Positions 32,952-42,620 of a stretch of DNA of 64,000 bases are shown piece by piece (within the stretch, counting starts at the first letter, position 1; the number at the start of each line of letters is the position of its first letter). A program made the translations under genes and the position numbers. Location: sequence record MZ311864.1, one strand, 5' to 3'. The notes beneath the pieces are model-generated. The model saw nothing but the letters and a program-made list of their open reading frames with translations, did no database searches and was not told where the DNA came from. This stretch comes from Escherichia phage vB_EcoM_LNA4.

Positions 32952-35573
32952 ATGGCAGATTACAATGATAAGGTCGTTAACGCCGAACTGATCCTCCCAG
33001 AGGGCGGTGCGGGGGAGACCTTTGTTGATGATGGTCAATTCCACACGGAAGACACGACCACCGTCACACTTCTCGGTAATGGTACATCCACTACCCCACT
33101 GAAGGCAACTGTTATTGTAGATCCTGCTTCCGGAAACGCACTTGTAGCTGGCTCTGACGGTCTTTCCGTTGGTGTCAGTACAATCAGTGACAACCTGCTT
33201 GTATTGGCGGGTGGAAAGCTGTATGTTGCTCCTCCTCAGATCGTCATCCCAATTTCTACTAAGACTGGAAACACTCTAGTAGAAGTCACCGACCCAGGTG
33301 AAGAGGGGCTATATGTCCCGCCGGGTGAAAAGGGTGATAAAGGGGATCAGGGGCCGCAAGGTGAACCGGGTGTCGGTATTTACATCCAAGGTATTGTTGG
33401 AGATCCATCCCAACTACCGCCTGCATCAACAATGCAGGAAGGCGATACATACGTTATTGGAACACACTACTGGACTGTTGTAAACCAGCAATGGGTTGAC
33501 CTTGGTGACTTCGCTGGTCCACAGGGACAGGACGGTATCGGCTTGGTAATCAAAGGATCTTTCACCGACACTGCATTCCTTCCGCAAGATGGGAACACCG
33601 AAGGTGATACCTACATCATCCAGGAACAGATGTGGGTTTGGACAGGAAATGAAGACGGCTGGCAACCAGTTGGGCAAGTTGGACCAACAGGCCCACAGGG
33701 TGCTACTGGTGCTACAGGCCCACAGGGTCCTCAAGGTTTAAAAGGCGACAAGGGTGACAAGGGTGACCAAGGCCCTCAAGGTATTCAAGGCCTCACCGGA
33801 GAACAGGGTCCTCAAGGACCTAAAGGTGATAAAGGTGAAGATGCTGCCATTGTTAAACTGAAAGGTACTAAAGCCACTGAAGCTGATCTTCCGGCTTTCG
33901 GTAATGCTGTCGCTGATGCTTGGGTTGTACAGGAAAACAACCACGTATGGGTTTGGACATCAGATGGTGCCTGGGAAGATATTGGCCCTGTACAGGGTCC
34001 GAAGGGTGATCAAGGTGATGTTGGCCCTCAAGGACCACAGGGACAGAAAGGCGACCAAGGTCCAATCGGCCCTGATGGTGCCCCTGGCCCAGCAGGTGCT
34101 GAAGGCCCTCAAGGTATTCAGGGTCCAATCGGCCCTAAAGGTGACAAAGGCGATACAGGTCTAACTGGTCCAGTAGGCCCACAAGGTCCAGTTGGACCAA
34201 AGGGTGACCGTGGCGAAACAGGTTATGGTGCTCGCGTTCTTGGTACTAAAGGCTCAACCGTCGATCTTCCAGCTACAGGAACACCTGGTGACGCATGGAT
34301 CATTGTGCCTAACCTTTACGTCTGGAGTCAGTCTGATGCTCAATGGATCAACGTAGGTCCTTATGTAGGACCGAAGGGTGATAAAGGCGATACTGGGGAT
34401 GTTGGTGCAACAGGCCCTAAAGGTGATACTGGCGCTGATGGGCCGCAGGGTCCACAGGGTGATGTTGGCCCCCAAGGACCAGCAGGTGCTGATGGAGCAC
34501 AAGGACCAGAGGGACCTATGGGTGTTGCTCTTGTTCCGAAAGGTACTGTAGCTAGCCAAGCTGCATTGCCGACAGGTGCATCGCACGGGGATTATTACAC
34601 AACTGATGACACCGGGGAAGGCTTTGCTTTTGATGGTTCCGGTTGGATTAATCTTGGTGTTATGAGAGGTCCTCAAGGGGATCAAGGTCCACAAGGGCTA
34701 CAGGGCGACACGGGGCCACAAGGTCCGAAGGGCGACACAGGACTTACAGGACCAACAGGACCGCAAGGCCCTCAAGGTGAAATGGGTCCTGGTGTAGAGA
34801 TCATCGGCAAACTGGACAACAGTTCTGAACTACCTTCAACAGGTACATTAGGCCAGGGATACCTGATCAATGGTGACTTCTGGGGGTGGACAGGAACAAC
34901 CTACGAAAACCTTGGACCTATTCAAGGACCTCAAGGTGATGTTGGTCCAGCAGGACCAACTGGTCCACAGGGTAGCCAAGGGATTCAGGGTGTTAAGGGA
35001 GACCAAGGTACACTTTGGTTAAACTTTGCACGTAACCCAGGCCCTGCTGATGGTCGTGTTGGGGATTACTTCATTAACAAATCTACACTTGAATATTTCC
35101 AGAAAACCTCTGCTACGGTATGGGCTTCTCTCGGATATATGGGTGGTGGTAACGTTTATGATACCTCCTCTACCACACCACAAGCTCGTACAAGTTCAGG
35201 TTGGGTGGATGTTCCAGTTCTTGAAGCACCTACTGATAGCGGTTATTATGTTCGTGTAAACAGCGCATGGAAGAAGCTTGATCGTTACGATCTTCTTGTT
35301 ACCTCCACGACTGGTGCAATGGACGTTAACGTATCACAAGTGTTCAAAGTCGATGGTACTGCAAACAAGACCATGAGCTTTACAAACCTCCCTGCTGACC
35401 GAGCGATGACAATCGTGATCGTGTTTACTGGTTCCGGTGCGTCACTGACGTGGCCTGGAAACCTTGCATGGTCAAACGGTACGTCAGTAACTCTTGGAAC
35501 AACCCGTACAGTGGTGACTATCCTTTGGGATGGCACAAACCTGACAGGTACTACATCCTTAACGGTTAACTGA
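32952..35573 (+). CDS. collagen-like repeat fibre protein
   Basis: 873-aa protein with many Gly-X-Y tracts (GDKGDQGPQG, GPQGPQGLKGDKGDKGDQGPQG, etc.) interrupted by non-collagen segments. Confidence 0.6.
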   Translation: MADYNDKVVNAELILPEGGAGETFVDDGQFHTEDTTTVTLLGNGTSTTPLKATVIVDPASGNALVAGSDGLSVGVSTISDNLLVLAGGKLYVAPPQIVIPISTKTGNTLVEVTDPGEEGLYVPPGEKGDKGDQGPQGEPGVGIYIQGIVGDPSQLPPASTMQEGDTYVIGTHYWTVVNQQWVDLGDFAGPQGQDGIGLVIKGSFTDTAFLPQDGNTEGDTYIIQEQMWVWTGNEDGWQPVGQVGPTGPQGATGATGPQGPQGLKGDKGDKGDQGPQGIQGLTGEQGPQGPKGDKGEDAAIVKLKGTKATEADLPAFGNAVADAWVVQENNHVWVWTSDGAWEDIGPVQGPKGDQGDVGPQGPQGQKGDQGPIGPDGAPGPAGAEGPQGIQGPIGPKGDKGDTGLTGPVGPQGPVGPKGDRGETGYGARVLGTKGSTVDLPATGTPGDAWIIVPNLYVWSQSDAQWINVGPYVGPKGDKGDTGDVGATGPKGDTGADGPQGPQGDVGPQGPAGADGAQGPEGPMGVALVPKGTVASQAALPTGASHGDYYTTDDTGEGFAFDGSGWINLGVMRGPQGDQGPQGLQGDTGPQGPKGDTGLTGPTGPQGPQGEMGPGVEIIGKLDNSSELPSTGTLGQGYLINGDFWGWTGTTYENLGPIQGPQGDVGPAGPTGPQGSQGIQGVKGDQGTLWLNFARNPGPADGRVGDYFINKSTLEYFQKTSATVWASLGYMGGGNVYDTSSTTPQARTSSGWVDVPVLEAPTDSGYYVRVNSAWKKLDRYDLLVTSTTGAMDVNVSQVFKVDGTANKTMSFTNLPADRAMTIVIVFTGSGASLTWPGNLAWSNGTSVTLGTTRTVVTILWDGTNLTGTTSLTVN

Positions 35574-35578
35574 CAAAA

Positions 35579-35592
35579 GGGGCTTCGGCCCC
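35579..35592 (+). terminator. GGGGC-TTCG-GCCCC hairpin (weak T-run)
   Basis: Member of the repeated UUCG-loop hairpin family, after the collagen-like gene. Confidence 0.35.
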
Positions 35593-35608
35593 TTCTAAAG
35601 GAGAACAA

Positions 35609-36253
35609 ATGGTAGTATATTCCTACACACCGATGATCAGGTCTTCTGACGGTAAATACCCAGTATATCTTACTGATTTCAGGGCAGACAACCCTAACGT
35701 CAGCATTGGTACTTGGGTTTACTCAGAGAACATTGCAGAGTTCGGATATTTTCCGGTGATCCCTGTGACACCGCCAACTGGTGATGTTGTCATGGAAGGA
35801 CCTCCTGAATTTAACGACCAAACCCAGCAATGGGAACAGACATGGACATCTCGTGATTTCTTACCTGAAGAAATTGCTGCGAATCTCGAATCTGCAAAGC
35901 AGAGTAAGAAAGCAGAGGCACAGAACGTCCTCTCCCGCGATGTTGATTTAGGTATTCCATACCCGGTTGGTAACGTTGAGTATAAAGTCAGAGTGAAAAG
36001 CTTCGACCTCGCAACCCTTCTTACAATCAAATCGGTGCTGGATTCAGATGGTGACCAAAGCTCTGAAGTATATCCGTTCAGATTCCTTGATGGATATAAA
36101 TCAGACTTTACACACGCTGAAATGAAAGACCTTGTGATTCAGGTTTCTCGTGCTCAGTATGGTTTAATGAAGTCTTACTGGGCGTATCTTGATCAGGTCG
36201 AGCAGGCAACTACTCTACAAAATATCCCTGCACTCCCAGATTCATTCCTGTAA
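35609..36253 (+). CDS. hypothetical protein (fibre-associated)
   Basis: 214-aa ORF with GGAG Shine-Dalgarno. Confidence 0.4.
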   Translation: MVVYSYTPMIRSSDGKYPVYLTDFRADNPNVSIGTWVYSENIAEFGYFPVIPVTPPTGDVVMEGPPEFNDQTQQWEQTWTSRDFLPEEIAANLESAKQSKKAEAQNVLSRDVDLGIPYPVGNVEYKVRVKSFDLATLLTIKSVLDSDGDQSSEVYPFRFLDGYKSDFTHAEMKDLVIQVSRAQYGLMKSYWAYLDQVEQATTLQNIPALPDSFL

Positions 36254-36262
36254 GGAGTTGTC

Positions 36263-36814
36263 ATGGTAGCTGCAACAACGGGTGTTGGTGGTATAGTTTA
36301 TGGTAGGACTCTTGTTAGCCAAAAAACTGGCAAGAAAATAGATTTTGATGATATTGGTGTGATGACCAGCAGGGTTAAGTCAGAATGTTATTTCACTGGT
36401 CTTAACCTTGTTATTCAAACAACCCCTGTAAATCTGATAAGTCTTATAAAATCTTTACCGCATACAGGTTCGTTATCCCCATTCTTTAATACAACAACCA
36501 ATAAGTTGAATGTTTTTAATGAGGATGCGACCTGCGACTTCAAATTGAACGTTGCCGGATCTTGGGGAGGCTCTACAGGCAATAGAAGCATGACCGTAGA
36601 TTTCCCACAGACAAACGGCAACTCACTGACAAAGACAAGAGATGCTCAAGTAACCTCTGACATCCTTTCTTTCCCTACCTTCTTCAGTGTTGACAAAGGT
36701 GGTAACATTGCGACTAACGGTACAGACATAACAATAGTCTCTAACGGGTCCAATTTTACGATCACATCGCTGTTGATTATAGCTGAACAAATCATACCGA
36801 CCACAATGGTCTAA
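36263..36814 (+). CDS. hypothetical protein
   Basis: 183-aa Thr/Asn/Gly-rich ORF. Confidence 0.4.
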   Translation: MVAATTGVGGIVYGRTLVSQKTGKKIDFDDIGVMTSRVKSECYFTGLNLVIQTTPVNLISLIKSLPHTGSLSPFFNTTTNKLNVFNEDATCDFKLNVAGSWGGSTGNRSMTVDFPQTNGNSLTKTRDAQVTSDILSFPTFFSVDKGGNIATNGTDITIVSNGSNFTITSLLIIAEQIIPTTMV

Positions 36815-36834
36815 CCTCTAAAGGAGAAATAAAT

Positions 36835-37134
36835 ATGGCAACTTCTGGTGTAGCTGGTCTGCTTTACGCAACTAAACTCATCGACCTCGGTACTGGACAA
36901 TCCATCAGCGTTGCTGATATTATCTCAGGATCTGGTGGCGGTGGTTCAGTAGCTTGGGCCGACATCACAGGTAAACCAACCACTTTCGCACCTGTGGCAG
37001 CAACCACAAGCGTAGTTGGTGGTGTTAAGATGGCAGCAACCCAGGCAAACAGCACAGCAACTGATGCCGCTGGTCTGGTTACTGACTTCAACGCCTTGCT
37101 TGCAAAACTTAAAGCCGCTGGTATTATGGCGTAA
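36835..37134 (+). CDS. small Gly/Ala-rich fibre-like protein
   Basis: 99-aa ORF with a GSGGGGS linker. Confidence 0.4.
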   Translation: MATSGVAGLLYATKLIDLGTGQSISVADIISGSGGGGSVAWADITGKPTTFAPVAATTSVVGGVKMAATQANSTATDAAGLVTDFNALLAKLKAAGIMA

Positions 37135-37139
37135 TCAAG

Positions 37140-37160
37140 AGGCCCTTCGGGGCCTTTTAT
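37140..37160. terminator. bidirectional terminator hairpin AGGCCC-TTCG-GGGCCT
   Basis: Hairpin flanked by an A-run on one side and a T-run on the other, between convergent genes. Confidence 0.5.
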
Positions 37161-37561
37161 TTTAGGAGTGGCCTAACACCCGCTTCCATGTTCACGTTTA
37201 CCATTGGCTCTTTACCATCTTTGTAATATGTGCAGATGTATGCCCCCTTAAAACCTTGGGTCCCATACAGGATTGCAACATCATTCAAATATTGATACCC
37301 CTCTGTTTGTTCCGTGATTTCATTCATCTCTCCGGTCTGCACTACAGATACACCGGGTTTAAATGCCTTACGAAATGCTTGATCGCAAGAGAGCCGCACA
37401 AGACGATGAATGCTCGCTGTCTTTTCTTCTTTTGATAACCAGCTTGTCTCGATAGATCTTAGGTTGTCTTGGTCTGGGTGCTTCATGATATAGGTGGTAG
37501 TGACCAAAGCTGCAACAACAGCACCAACAACCAATGCAACAATTCCCTTAGTATTCTTCAT
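37157..37561 (-). CDS. membrane-anchored protein on the opposite strand (moron-like)
   Basis: Only minus-strand gene inside the plus-strand structural module; N-terminal transmembrane helix; its own upstream AT-rich region. Confidence 0.45.
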   Translation of the reverse strand: MKNTKGIVALVVGAVVAALVTTTYIMKHPDQDNLRSIETSWLSKEEKTASIHRLVRLSCDQAFRKAFKPGVSVVQTGEMNEITEQTEGYQYLNDVAILYGTQGFKGAYICTYYKDGKEPMVNVNMEAGVRPLLK

Positions 37562-37630
37562 AAAATGTTCTCCTGTATTCGTTAATTACCATTACGATAA
37601 CACGTTAGATCAGTCTGTCAAGCGTTTTTA

Positions 37631-37659
37631 ATGACAAATAGAATCTTTTATGATAAGAT
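37631..37659 (+). promoter_or_regulatory. promoter-like ATGACA-N17-TAAGAT
   Basis: -35-like at 37631-37636 and -10 at 37654-37659, upstream of the ORF at 37696; overlaps a TATGATAA motif. Confidence 0.4.
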
Positions 37660-37695
37660 ATTGATTAATAGAAGAGCAATCCAACAGGAGCGAAA

Positions 37696-38214
37696 ATGAC
37701 AGACCAAGAAATTATTGATTACATTCGACTGCTCCTTGGGTCAATTCCTCCAGAGGTCTTGCCTGATGAAACCATTTTGGCATTCCTTGCAATCGAAAAG
37801 GTAAAGGCTAATTGGCCTAACCCTGATGCAACCCCTTGCGACATGTGGCGTGTTATTTATAACACAATGGTCGATGTCGTTCGTTGGTTAATTCTGCAAG
37901 AAGTTAACTCTGGTGAAGCATCTATCACAGAACGTCTGGAAAAGATCGGTGACGAAACAATCCAGGTTAAGGGTGGTTCCACATACCAGAACTGGAAAGA
38001 CTTCCTGGACTGGCTGCAAGCTAACCCTGATTATGTGAATGATTGCCTCAGCGCGGTATCAAGTTTAGTCATTGTTGGCGGTGTCCGTCAAGATGAATAT
38101 CTTCGCGTTAAAAGGAATCCAAACTCAAGAGGTCCTTTCGATGTTGCAGGCATTGTACCCCAGACTGGTGTACCGGGAATCCCTCGTAGATACCCTCACC
38201 GCTGGCCTCGTTAA
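37696..38214 (+). CDS. hypothetical protein (head-tail region)
   Basis: 172-aa ORF with AGGAG Shine-Dalgarno. Confidence 0.4.
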   Translation: MTDQEIIDYIRLLLGSIPPEVLPDETILAFLAIEKVKANWPNPDATPCDMWRVIYNTMVDVVRWLILQEVNSGEASITERLEKIGDETIQVKGGSTYQNWKDFLDWLQANPDYVNDCLSAVSSLVIVGGVRQDEYLRVKRNPNSRGPFDVAGIVPQTGVPGIPRRYPHRWPR

Positions 38215-38232
38215 TTATCCTTCGCTTGATCG

Positions 38233-38261
38233 TTGATTTTGCTAAGATAATGTGGTAAAAT
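38233..38261 (+). promoter_or_regulatory. promoter-like TTGATT-N17-TAAAAT
   Basis: -35-like at 38233-38238, -10 at 38256-38261, 12 nt upstream of the GTG start at 38274. Confidence 0.4.
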
Positions 38262-38273
38262 ACCTAAACGGAT

Positions 38274-38756
38274 GTGGCTATGAGACCAAAATTCACAAGT
38301 AAGCAAGATCTGAGCCAGTTAGAGAACTTCTTCAAAGCTACCAAAGTGCTTGATTATCGTCAAGTATCATATGGTTACTACGACGACCCTCACTACTCAG
38401 GTCTTAATACTGCGACTCTCGCAGCGATTCACCAAGAGGGCTGGAACGGGCTACCTGCTCGCACATTTATGACCAGCGCCGCAGTTGCTTTCAATAAGGA
38501 ACTGAACAAACTACAACAAGATCTGTTTGCATATCTCGCAATGGGCGGTCAGAACCTGACCCCGATTCTCAACAGGATCGGTAAAGCCGGGGCGAGAAAA
38601 ATCCAATTCGTGATCGATACCGGACTATTCCCTCACAACACAGTATCTGATGCCTGGGCTGATGTCAAGGGATTCAAAGAGGCTATGTTCCACTATGGAG
38701 ACCTCAAAGAGTCCACAACATTCAGAATTTCAAAAGGTAAGGATTCGGGGGTATAA
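38274..38756 (+). CDS. hypothetical protein
   Basis: 160-aa ORF with GTG start. Confidence 0.4.
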   Translation: MAMRPKFTSKQDLSQLENFFKATKVLDYRQVSYGYYDDPHYSGLNTATLAAIHQEGWNGLPARTFMTSAAVAFNKELNKLQQDLFAYLAMGGQNLTPILNRIGKAGARKIQFVIDTGLFPHNTVSDAWADVKGFKEAMFHYGDLKESTTFRISKGKDSGV

Positions 38757-39190
38757 TGGCAGGTTACAAACTTATTGGTAAGAACAAACTGATCCCACGC
38801 CCAACATTTGTTGGACGACACAGAGAATACGCCAAAGTGGATATGGACAACCCGTTTGAAAACCAAGGCATCCAAATCAACTATGAAGAGTTCGATGTCC
38901 TTGAATGCGTTGTTCAGCCGCTTACTGGTAAGGCCGCACGAGACTATACTTCTCAACTGATGCAGGAAGGTGGGAGACAATATGACTCCTTCACCGTGTA
39001 TTCCTCAGTGATGTTACGTGGCCCGGTAGAGGGTTCTAATGAACTTGCTGACCAAATTAAGCTGATGAATTCCCGTGGGGAAATGGTGTGGTTCACCGTG
39101 ATAAAGTCTGATCCCTATCAGACCACAGGTGTTGCACGTTTCCGCGCTTACGTGGTGTCTGTTCCTGAAGGGACAAACGGAGGAATTTAA
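38756..39190 (+). CDS. hypothetical protein
   Basis: 144-aa ORF, start overlapping the upstream stop. Confidence 0.4.
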   Translation: MAGYKLIGKNKLIPRPTFVGRHREYAKVDMDNPFENQGIQINYEEFDVLECVVQPLTGKAARDYTSQLMQEGGRQYDSFTVYSSVMLRGPVEGSNELADQIKLMNSRGEMVWFTVIKSDPYQTTGVARFRAYVVSVPEGTNGGI

Positions 39191-39720
39191 TGGCAGGATT
39201 CACCAATTCCGATGAGATCTTTGATGCCCTGACAAAAACTGTAGGTTCTTTCTGCAAAGAAACAACAGGCCGAAAAGTTGTACTGGCAGGTGAAGATGAG
39301 ATCCCAAAAATTGATGGTGAATTCATTCTTGTAGACCTTACAGCAGTTGACCAGATTGACTGGCAGGCTGATGAAGGTTTGGATGCTAACGGCAATGCAA
39401 CGACGATTCACAACTATGAGGTTGTGTATACGCTCACAGCATATCGTGGAAAAGCTCCAAGCGCTCTTAGTAGGGTTTTACAGGCGATGAACTTACCATT
39501 CATTTACGATAAATATTTTCCGACCAATTCTCCTTTTGCATACTCATCCTCTTCGACGATTTCTCGTCTGAGAGTGCCTCTGAATGTGCAGAAGTTCGAA
39601 AACCGTGCTGTGGTGCTGATTACGTTCAACGTATGCTTCATCGAAACAGACACCGGAGCTTTCGAGGACCTGGAGAAGATCAACGCTCAACTCGTTTATC
39701 ACTTTCCGGATCAAGACTAA
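39190..39720 (+). CDS. hypothetical protein
   Basis: 176-aa ORF, start overlapping the upstream stop. Confidence 0.4.
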   Translation: MAGFTNSDEIFDALTKTVGSFCKETTGRKVVLAGEDEIPKIDGEFILVDLTAVDQIDWQADEGLDANGNATTIHNYEVVYTLTAYRGKAPSALSRVLQAMNLPFIYDKYFPTNSPFAYSSSSTISRLRVPLNVQKFENRAVVLITFNVCFIETDTGAFEDLEKINAQLVYHFPDQD

Positions 39721-39770
39721 AGAAAACCACTCGGTTATTGATAAGCATTCGCTTATTAGTGATCGTATAA

Positions 39771-39786
39771 GAGGGCTTCGGCCCTC
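39771..39786 (+). terminator. GAGGGC-TTCG-GCCCTC hairpin
   Basis: UUCG-loop hairpin family member between 39720 and the sheath gene. Confidence 0.3.
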
Positions 39787-39850
39787 ATAATACAGCACAA
39801 AGAGGTGCTGGTCAATAACTGTATGTACAGAAATAAAGAAGAGGAAACCG

Positions 39851-41263
39851 ATGGCTTATAATGATAAGGTGGTTGACGTTACGGTCACGCTTGGTACTCA
39901 ACCAATCGACACCAAAGGGTTTGAAACCCCGCTGTTCCTGGCTATCCACAACGTCTTCCCTGAACGTTTTCGCGCCTATACCGAACTCGATCAGCTAGTA
40001 GATGATGGATTCGCTCCAGGTTCCCCAGCTTATGTCTTCGCAACAAAAGCATTCGCTGGTACATTCCGTCCTCAGTACCTGATGGTTGGTCGTCAAGGCT
40101 TCACTAATACCATCGTGGACTTCACTGGACAGGTAAATACCGACCCTGAAGCGCCTGTAGCCCTGAACGTAGTTTCCGGTGCTTATCAGACCAGCGTTAT
40201 CGTGGCGGTAACTGGTGCATCCACCCCAACCAGTATTGCTACCGCTCTGGCAGCATCTCTGAATGGTGATGCAACACTGACCACTGTTTTAACTGCAACC
40301 GCCAGCGCAGGTGTGGTAACAATCGCTCCTAAGAATGGTGGTGCATTCAGCGTCGGTCGCGATAGCGGAAACATGACTATCAGCAACACCTCTGGTGAAA
40401 CTGTGTCCTCTGTTCTTCCTCAGATCCTGACTGCAACTGAGAACTGGTACTTCCTGAGCACCGAGTCTCACACCAACGCATCCATCCTGGCTGCTGCTGC
40501 ATTTGCTTCTGCTAACTACAAGCTGCATGTGTATGCAACCGCCGATGAACTGGTTAAAACTGCTGGTAGCAACTCCATTGCTAACCAACTGAAAGCCCTC
40601 CAGTACGATACTTCTATCGGTATGTATGATCCGCTTGCGGATAGCGCATTCTCTGAAGGTGGTATCATCGGTGCAATGGCTTCCAACGATCCTTCTTACG
40701 GTGACTCTATTCACCTGAAGACAATGGAAGGTGTGATTGCTCCTACCCTGAGCGCTACCGACCGTATGACCATTTGGGGACAAAACTTGAACTTCTACCG
40801 TATGATTAACGGTGTTGGTTCCTTCTACGAAGGTAAGTGTGCTTCTGGCAACTACGTAGACGTTGTTCGTTTCGGTCACTGGCTGAAGTTCCGCACAGAA
40901 GAGAGCGTGTTTGGTTACATGTCTCGTCGTTCTAACATGGGTCTCTCCATGAAGATGAGTGATGACGATCTGCCAAACCTGAAGTCCGTGATGATGAACA
41001 ACCCAATCAACGTTGGCATCACCAACGGCTCTATCCTGACGGGATATGATGACGTAAACAAAGTGTTCTACGATCCGGTGATCACAATCCCGCTTCGTGC
41101 AAACATCCCGACTAACGATCTGGCTGCTCGTACTCTGAACAATGTGAAAGTGGAACTTGTGTACAACACACCACTGCACTTCGTTAAGATCCGCATGACC
41201 GTTCTGTTAGATAAAACAGGGTCTAGTTCCGGAAACGGTCAGACTGTAACAGCAGGAGTGTAA
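39851..41263 (+). CDS. tail sheath protein
   Basis: 470-aa ORF directly upstream of tube, chaperone and tape-measure genes (P2-like order); assigned by position and size. Confidence 0.5.
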   Translation: MAYNDKVVDVTVTLGTQPIDTKGFETPLFLAIHNVFPERFRAYTELDQLVDDGFAPGSPAYVFATKAFAGTFRPQYLMVGRQGFTNTIVDFTGQVNTDPEAPVALNVVSGAYQTSVIVAVTGASTPTSIATALAASLNGDATLTTVLTATASAGVVTIAPKNGGAFSVGRDSGNMTISNTSGETVSSVLPQILTATENWYFLSTESHTNASILAAAAFASANYKLHVYATADELVKTAGSNSIANQLKALQYDTSIGMYDPLADSAFSEGGIIGAMASNDPSYGDSIHLKTMEGVIAPTLSATDRMTIWGQNLNFYRMINGVGSFYEGKCASGNYVDVVRFGHWLKFRTEESVFGYMSRRSNMGLSMKMSDDDLPNLKSVMMNNPINVGITNGSILTGYDDVNKVFYDPVITIPLRANIPTNDLAARTLNNVKVELVYNTPLHFVKIRMTVLLDKTGSSSGNGQTVTAGV

Positions 41264-41266
41264 TAA

Positions 41267-41740
41267 ATGAATACAGCTATCCTAACACCGTATGCTTACG
41301 ACCCTAAAAAAGTCAAGCTATACCTGATGACTCAGCGTGTTACTGGATTTGCCGCAGATACCAAGATCGTCGTTGCTCGTAACGAAGATAACATCATCCC
41401 CCACATGGGGGTTGATGGTGAGCTATCCGCTGCACTGTCCCGTAACCAATCTGGTGTTATGACAGTTTCCCTCCAGAACACCGCTTCTTGGAACGGAAAC
41501 TTCGCAAACTGGCAGAAACAAGCCTCCATCACCGGGCTGATCTTCTTCCCTGTCCTTCTTGAAGGTTCTCAGGGTATGGGTCTCAGCACTATCGGTTGGA
41601 TTCAGAAACAACCAGACCTGACCTACGGTACAGAAGTGGGCCAGATGGACTGGGAAATCGGTATCCTCGACGCTTGGTTAAGCCCAGATACTCTGTCTTC
41701 CGCAGGCTTCGGTCTTGCTGGTCTTGCAGGTATCGTATAA
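41267..41740 (+). CDS. tail tube protein
   Basis: 157-aa ORF between the sheath and chaperone genes. Confidence 0.5.
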   Translation: MNTAILTPYAYDPKKVKLYLMTQRVTGFAADTKIVVARNEDNIIPHMGVDGELSAALSRNQSGVMTVSLQNTASWNGNFANWQKQASITGLIFFPVLLEGSQGMGLSTIGWIQKQPDLTYGTEVGQMDWEIGILDAWLSPDTLSSAGFGLAGLAGIV

Positions 41741-41815
41741 GTGTTTCGTGTGCCACATGGACGTGGCCTTTCACACACGTAAGGATCTCTCAATCTCAAA
41801 GACGCAGGAGCGTAC

Positions 41816-42289
41816 ATGAATATCAGACCAACAACTGAAATCGACCTCGCAGGTCACAACTTTGTTATCACGCACTGGTCTCCTTCCAAGGTTATGAAAA
41901 ACCTTCCGAAGATCGGTCGTTATGTAGCAGTCCCTATGGCAACCATCTCTGGTTCCATGATGACTGGAGGCCAGAACCTATCTGACGCCCTCCCAACTGC
42001 TATTCTATACCTCTTTGAACAGATGGAGCAAGATGATATCGAAAAACTTTTCGCATTGATTCTTGAGGATGTATCCGTTGATGGTATGGCGGGTAAAGTA
42101 GATATTGACGCTCTGTTCCAAGATAAAATGTTAGACCTCATTAAGCTTGTTGCTAAAGTTCTGGAGATTAACTACGGCTGTTTTTTCACGAAAGACGGTT
42201 TCGCAGACCTTCAGGGACTTCTGGGACGCCTGGGACAGACCCATCAAGTGAATACGGTGGATCAGGCGACGGAAGTGGCAGCGGAGTAA
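41816..42289 (+). CDS. tail assembly chaperone (G/E-like)
   Basis: 157-aa acidic ORF upstream of the tape measure gene; contains a slippery heptamer near its 3' end. Confidence 0.5.
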   Translation: MNIRPTTEIDLAGHNFVITHWSPSKVMKNLPKIGRYVAVPMATISGSMMTGGQNLSDALPTAILYLFEQMEQDDIEKLFALILEDVSVDGMAGKVDIDALFQDKMLDLIKLVAKVLEINYGCFFTKDGFADLQGLLGRLGQTHQVNTVDQATEVAAE

Positions 42290-42567
42290 CACCGTCCAAA
42301 ATTTCGAAAGTCGTCCTGAGAGCTATGGAGTATGCAAAGAAAAATAGCTCACTGACTTGGTTCGATTACTTGTGGTGTCGTGCTCTGAAAAATTTCAAAG
42401 GGGAATCTTATATGTCCCTTGAACATGCGGATATGGCCTATCTGCTCAGGCTGAATGAATTTCTTGATGTGGAAGAGTTTGTCAACGATGTCCACGAGAG
42501 AGAGGAAGATAGTAAAGCAAAAGCTGCTCAAGCCGCTAACAAGCCGCGCCGTGGTAGAAGAGGTTAA
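41816..42567 (+). CDS. tail assembly chaperone frameshift product (GT/E'-like) via -1 frameshift
   Basis: The -1 frame is open from 42172 to 42567 and overlaps the chaperone ORF by 118 nt; the shift is predicted at T_TTT_TTC. Confidence 0.4.
42181..42187 (+). other. -1 programmed ribosomal frameshift slippery heptamer T_TTT_TTC
   Basis: In the zero frame the codons are tgt-TTT-TTC (C-F-F); X_XXY_YYZ pattern. Confidence 0.45.
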
Positions 42568-42620
42568 TCTCAAGCCGGGTTCCTTTTCGGGAACCTGGCT
42601 TTTTTATTGAGAGGAAATCA

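Noticed and set aside
32952-35573. Collagen-like DNA repeats as a CRISPR array or tandem-repeat element
   Set aside because: The periodicity is the 9-bp Gly-X-Y codon repeat inside an intact 873-codon reading frame; there are no repeat-spacer units.
40289-41179. 296-aa minus-strand ORF inside the tail sheath gene, and similar antisense ORFs inside structural genes (e.g. 33426-33734, 60148-60994, 52818-53465)
   Set aside because: Antisense to long, well-supported plus-strand structural genes with coherent operon organisation; no independent signals; typical shadow ORFs.
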